Positions 61,483 to 64,000 of a stretch of DNA of 64,000 bases are shown in pieces. Origin of the DNA: Takakia lepidozioides (taxonomy: Eukaryota; Plantae; Bryophyta); NCBI GenBank assembly GCA_030704615.1, contig CM060731.1, forward strand, positions 62,806,001-62,870,000. Direction: 5' to 3'. Both the position numbers and the translations under genes were made by a program. The number at the start of each line of letters is the position of its first letter. The first letter of the stretch is position 1. The notes beneath the pieces are model-generated. The model had not been told where the DNA came from, did no database searches, and saw only the letters and a program-made list of their open reading frames with translations.

Positions 61483-62105
61483 CCCTTAAGTTCCCAAGCC
61501 GTTTTTTGACTTTTTACCAATTTTGGGTACCCAGCTGCAGTAAATTGCCCCTAGAAACCTACCGAAAATCATCCAGAGATTCCAACCTTACAGCAATGGG
61601 CCCAGCTCATCTATGCATGACATACCAAAAAAGGAGCCAAGTCCACCCTGTAAATTGTGAGATTATAGCGTTGGCCCGGACCTCAAATATCAGGTCCCAG
61701 AGAAAGAAATTGGTTTGACCAAATCAAAACCTAGCTTTATCCAATTTTGCTTGCCCCTGTGTGTATGTAATGCTCACACACCACAACGTGAAATATTTTT
61801 TCCAAAATTGCTAATTTTCTGCCAAAAATGGCCTTTGGAGTGCAATCTGTTTTGGGCTTGTTTACCTGCCACGTCAGCTGTCAACAAGCCCTTTTCAGGC
61901 CAAAAAACGTAAATGAGAGATCTAAGATATTTTTTTGTAGGTTGTAGCTTTTGTTTTTTCTTAACTTTGTTTTCTACATCATACTTGAGACACATCCCTT
62001 GTCATTAAAGCTTCAGGAGTGGGCCCCATCAGATTAGATCTGCAAAAATTAGGTCGAACTGCAAATTCAAAGTGACCCGATTCAGGTCGCTTGGGAACTT
62101 AAGGG
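61483..62105. mobile_element. piggyBac-type MITE (623 bp)
   Basis: Perfect 17-bp TIR CCCTTAAGTTCCCAAGC / GCTTGGGAACTTAAGGG, flanked by TTAA on both sides (61479-61482, 62106-62109). Confidence 0.85.
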
Positions 62106-64000
62106 TTAAGGATTGATTCATTTGTTGCGAATTTTCAAGTTTATACTTTTCTTTTCATTTGGAATCTAGTTCATTTGGATTGAAAATATTTTGTATTTGT
62201 TGTTGGTTTATATCTTTTCAGTCCTTCAGCATTTAGTGTTTCTTTATTTGAAGTATATTTTGCCCACCTCTTGGCATTAGCAGTTTGTTTCTTCATATTC
62301 ATTTGAAGATTAAATTGATAATGATTGCATAGGTCTAGTTCTACACAAATTCTTGATAGAAACAATAGTTTCGATTAAAGAAAATGATGGTCTTGATAAA
62401 AATGATGGTCTTGATATTGATATTTGCTTATTTTCAAGTCTGTTCTTAGTATGTCCTCTTTCTCTCTCTTCACAAGCATACAAGTTTGTTTGTTCAATGG
62501 GAACTATGGGCATTAGTCCCGCAGTGTAATGCAATCAAATTCTATGATTTGACGGTGGAACAGAGATGTACTTCTTCTGACCCATCTCTTTCCACTGCAC
62601 TATGAAGGATATCCCCGATGCATGTAGAAGACAGTCGAATCACATAAACCAAACAGCAACTCAAGGCAACTGAGGAGAGAGGGAGAGAGAGTCTCTAATT
62701 GGAAGTGTCATGCCTGTTCCAAGATAGTGGATGTGGCTCCATTCCCCCACGACCCAGTGGTTAATTTGTGTCATGGGATCACGACAGAGCTGTTCAAGAT
62801 GTTGAGAAGCACTTTGTTGATGCCATGGGAGGTAGGCGTCCTCGGTATGAGATCAGGGTTTTGGGGAGAGTAAAAACATGGAGGTTGACGGGGACCGGGA
62901 TTCGAATGGGATGGTGGGAGACGACGATTTCGTAGGCATACTTCTTCAGACGAGGGGAAGACATTTGGATTCCAGTGGAGGCAAAACACAGATTCGATTG
63001 GTATTGCAGGGAGCAGACTTCCCAGTAGCCAAGGACAGCAACGAGGCTTGTATGATGAGGAGGAGCATGGGCACCAATTTGATGAATTTTGGCAGAATGC
63101 AGTTGTCCGGTGGTCTCCTGTATGAGAAAGTGGTCTGTAAGGTACTGGAGGAATTGAATGCAGAGAGTTTGTTAGCACTAGTCCAGCTGTAAAACCAGAG
63201 GGCCCATGATTTGGTTAGCCCAAGCCCAAGCAGGCCTGGACTCTGCCAGTTCTCCTTAATATACAAATTTTCCTTGTGTTTCTGGTTGTGGCAATTGTTC
63301 ACATTTGGGTGTCTGGAATGCACGGTCCTTGTAAACCTTTGCCAGTATTAAGATCGTTGCTTCCCAACTCTTCCTTGACAACAAATGCTGTCACACTGTC
63401 TAGCTGCCAGATTCTGTGAGAAACCTGAAGTAGTCCCAGTGCCCTACTTACTTCAGTAAGATTTTCACCAAGAGAGACTCTCCTGATTTCCAAGGATGTC
63501 CAATCACACATCATTGCAAGATGTCAAGCATTCAACATTTATTTGTGTCCAAATCACATATAACTAGCACTGCAAAATGCTTAGCTTGTCCCATTGTTCT
63601 CGGCCTCTTGGAATTACAGACAAAAGGTTTATAGGGAGTCAACATGAGGTTCAAATAACTTGCAGCTGTGCAGCACAAACAATATTGGACAGCTGCACAA
63701 GTTGACCCGCACGTTGTCTTCATAATTTTACTCCCATGGCTCAGATGTTGCTGAATGTGTGTACTCCAAACACAAGGATATCTGCCACTCTCGCATAACC
63801 TTTTTCCTGGCATTCCTAGATTCTCATATGGTGTATGCAGAAAATTCCTTGCATACAAAAGAAACTCTCTCAAACGTTAGGTCTGGCATGGGTCAGCTGA
63901 CAACACATGCAGGCCTTGAATTACCGCTCTAGTGGTCTCGTCTGATTTCTTGGGCGTTTTAGAGGTAAATTTTTTTGTAAGGAGCACGTGACTAGCTAAA

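Noticed and set aside
62878-63800. Possible F-box/LRR pseudogene (LYEKVVCKVLEELNAESLLAL)
   Set aside because: The resemblance is short and weak, with multiple stops downstream. It needs an HMM search.

Overview
Eukaryotic land-plant nuclear DNA: GT-AG introns, a PLS-class PPR fragment, an nsLTP and ATG8. A non-seed plant is likely, but that is inference. The left 39 kb holds four apparently intact genes: an intronless triple-domain GPI-type lipid transfer protein, a 9-exon SAP-domain gene ending in an SHI/STY-like Cys/His finger, a multi-exon C2-like tail-anchored protein, and a 2-exon SMP-30/regucalcin-family lactonase. The same region has one uncharacterised ORF, orphan exon fragments (2OG oxygenase, ATG8, and displaced copies of exons from two neighbouring genes), decayed LINEs, SINE heads and hAT MITEs. 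The dominant structure is a 19,840-bp Mutator-like element (40320-60159) with ~250-290 bp G/C-rich TIRs and a perfect 9-bp TSD GTAGTGTAT. It carries a decayed MULE-SWIM transposase, a Ulp1 protease, a C2H2 finger ORF, a captured PPR fragment, several orphan ORFs, internal repeats and a nested hAT element filled with phased palindromes. It is itself inserted into an older hAT derivative. A TTAA-flanked piggyBac-type MITE lies at 61483-62105. All family assignments come from motif recognition by eye; no database search was run.
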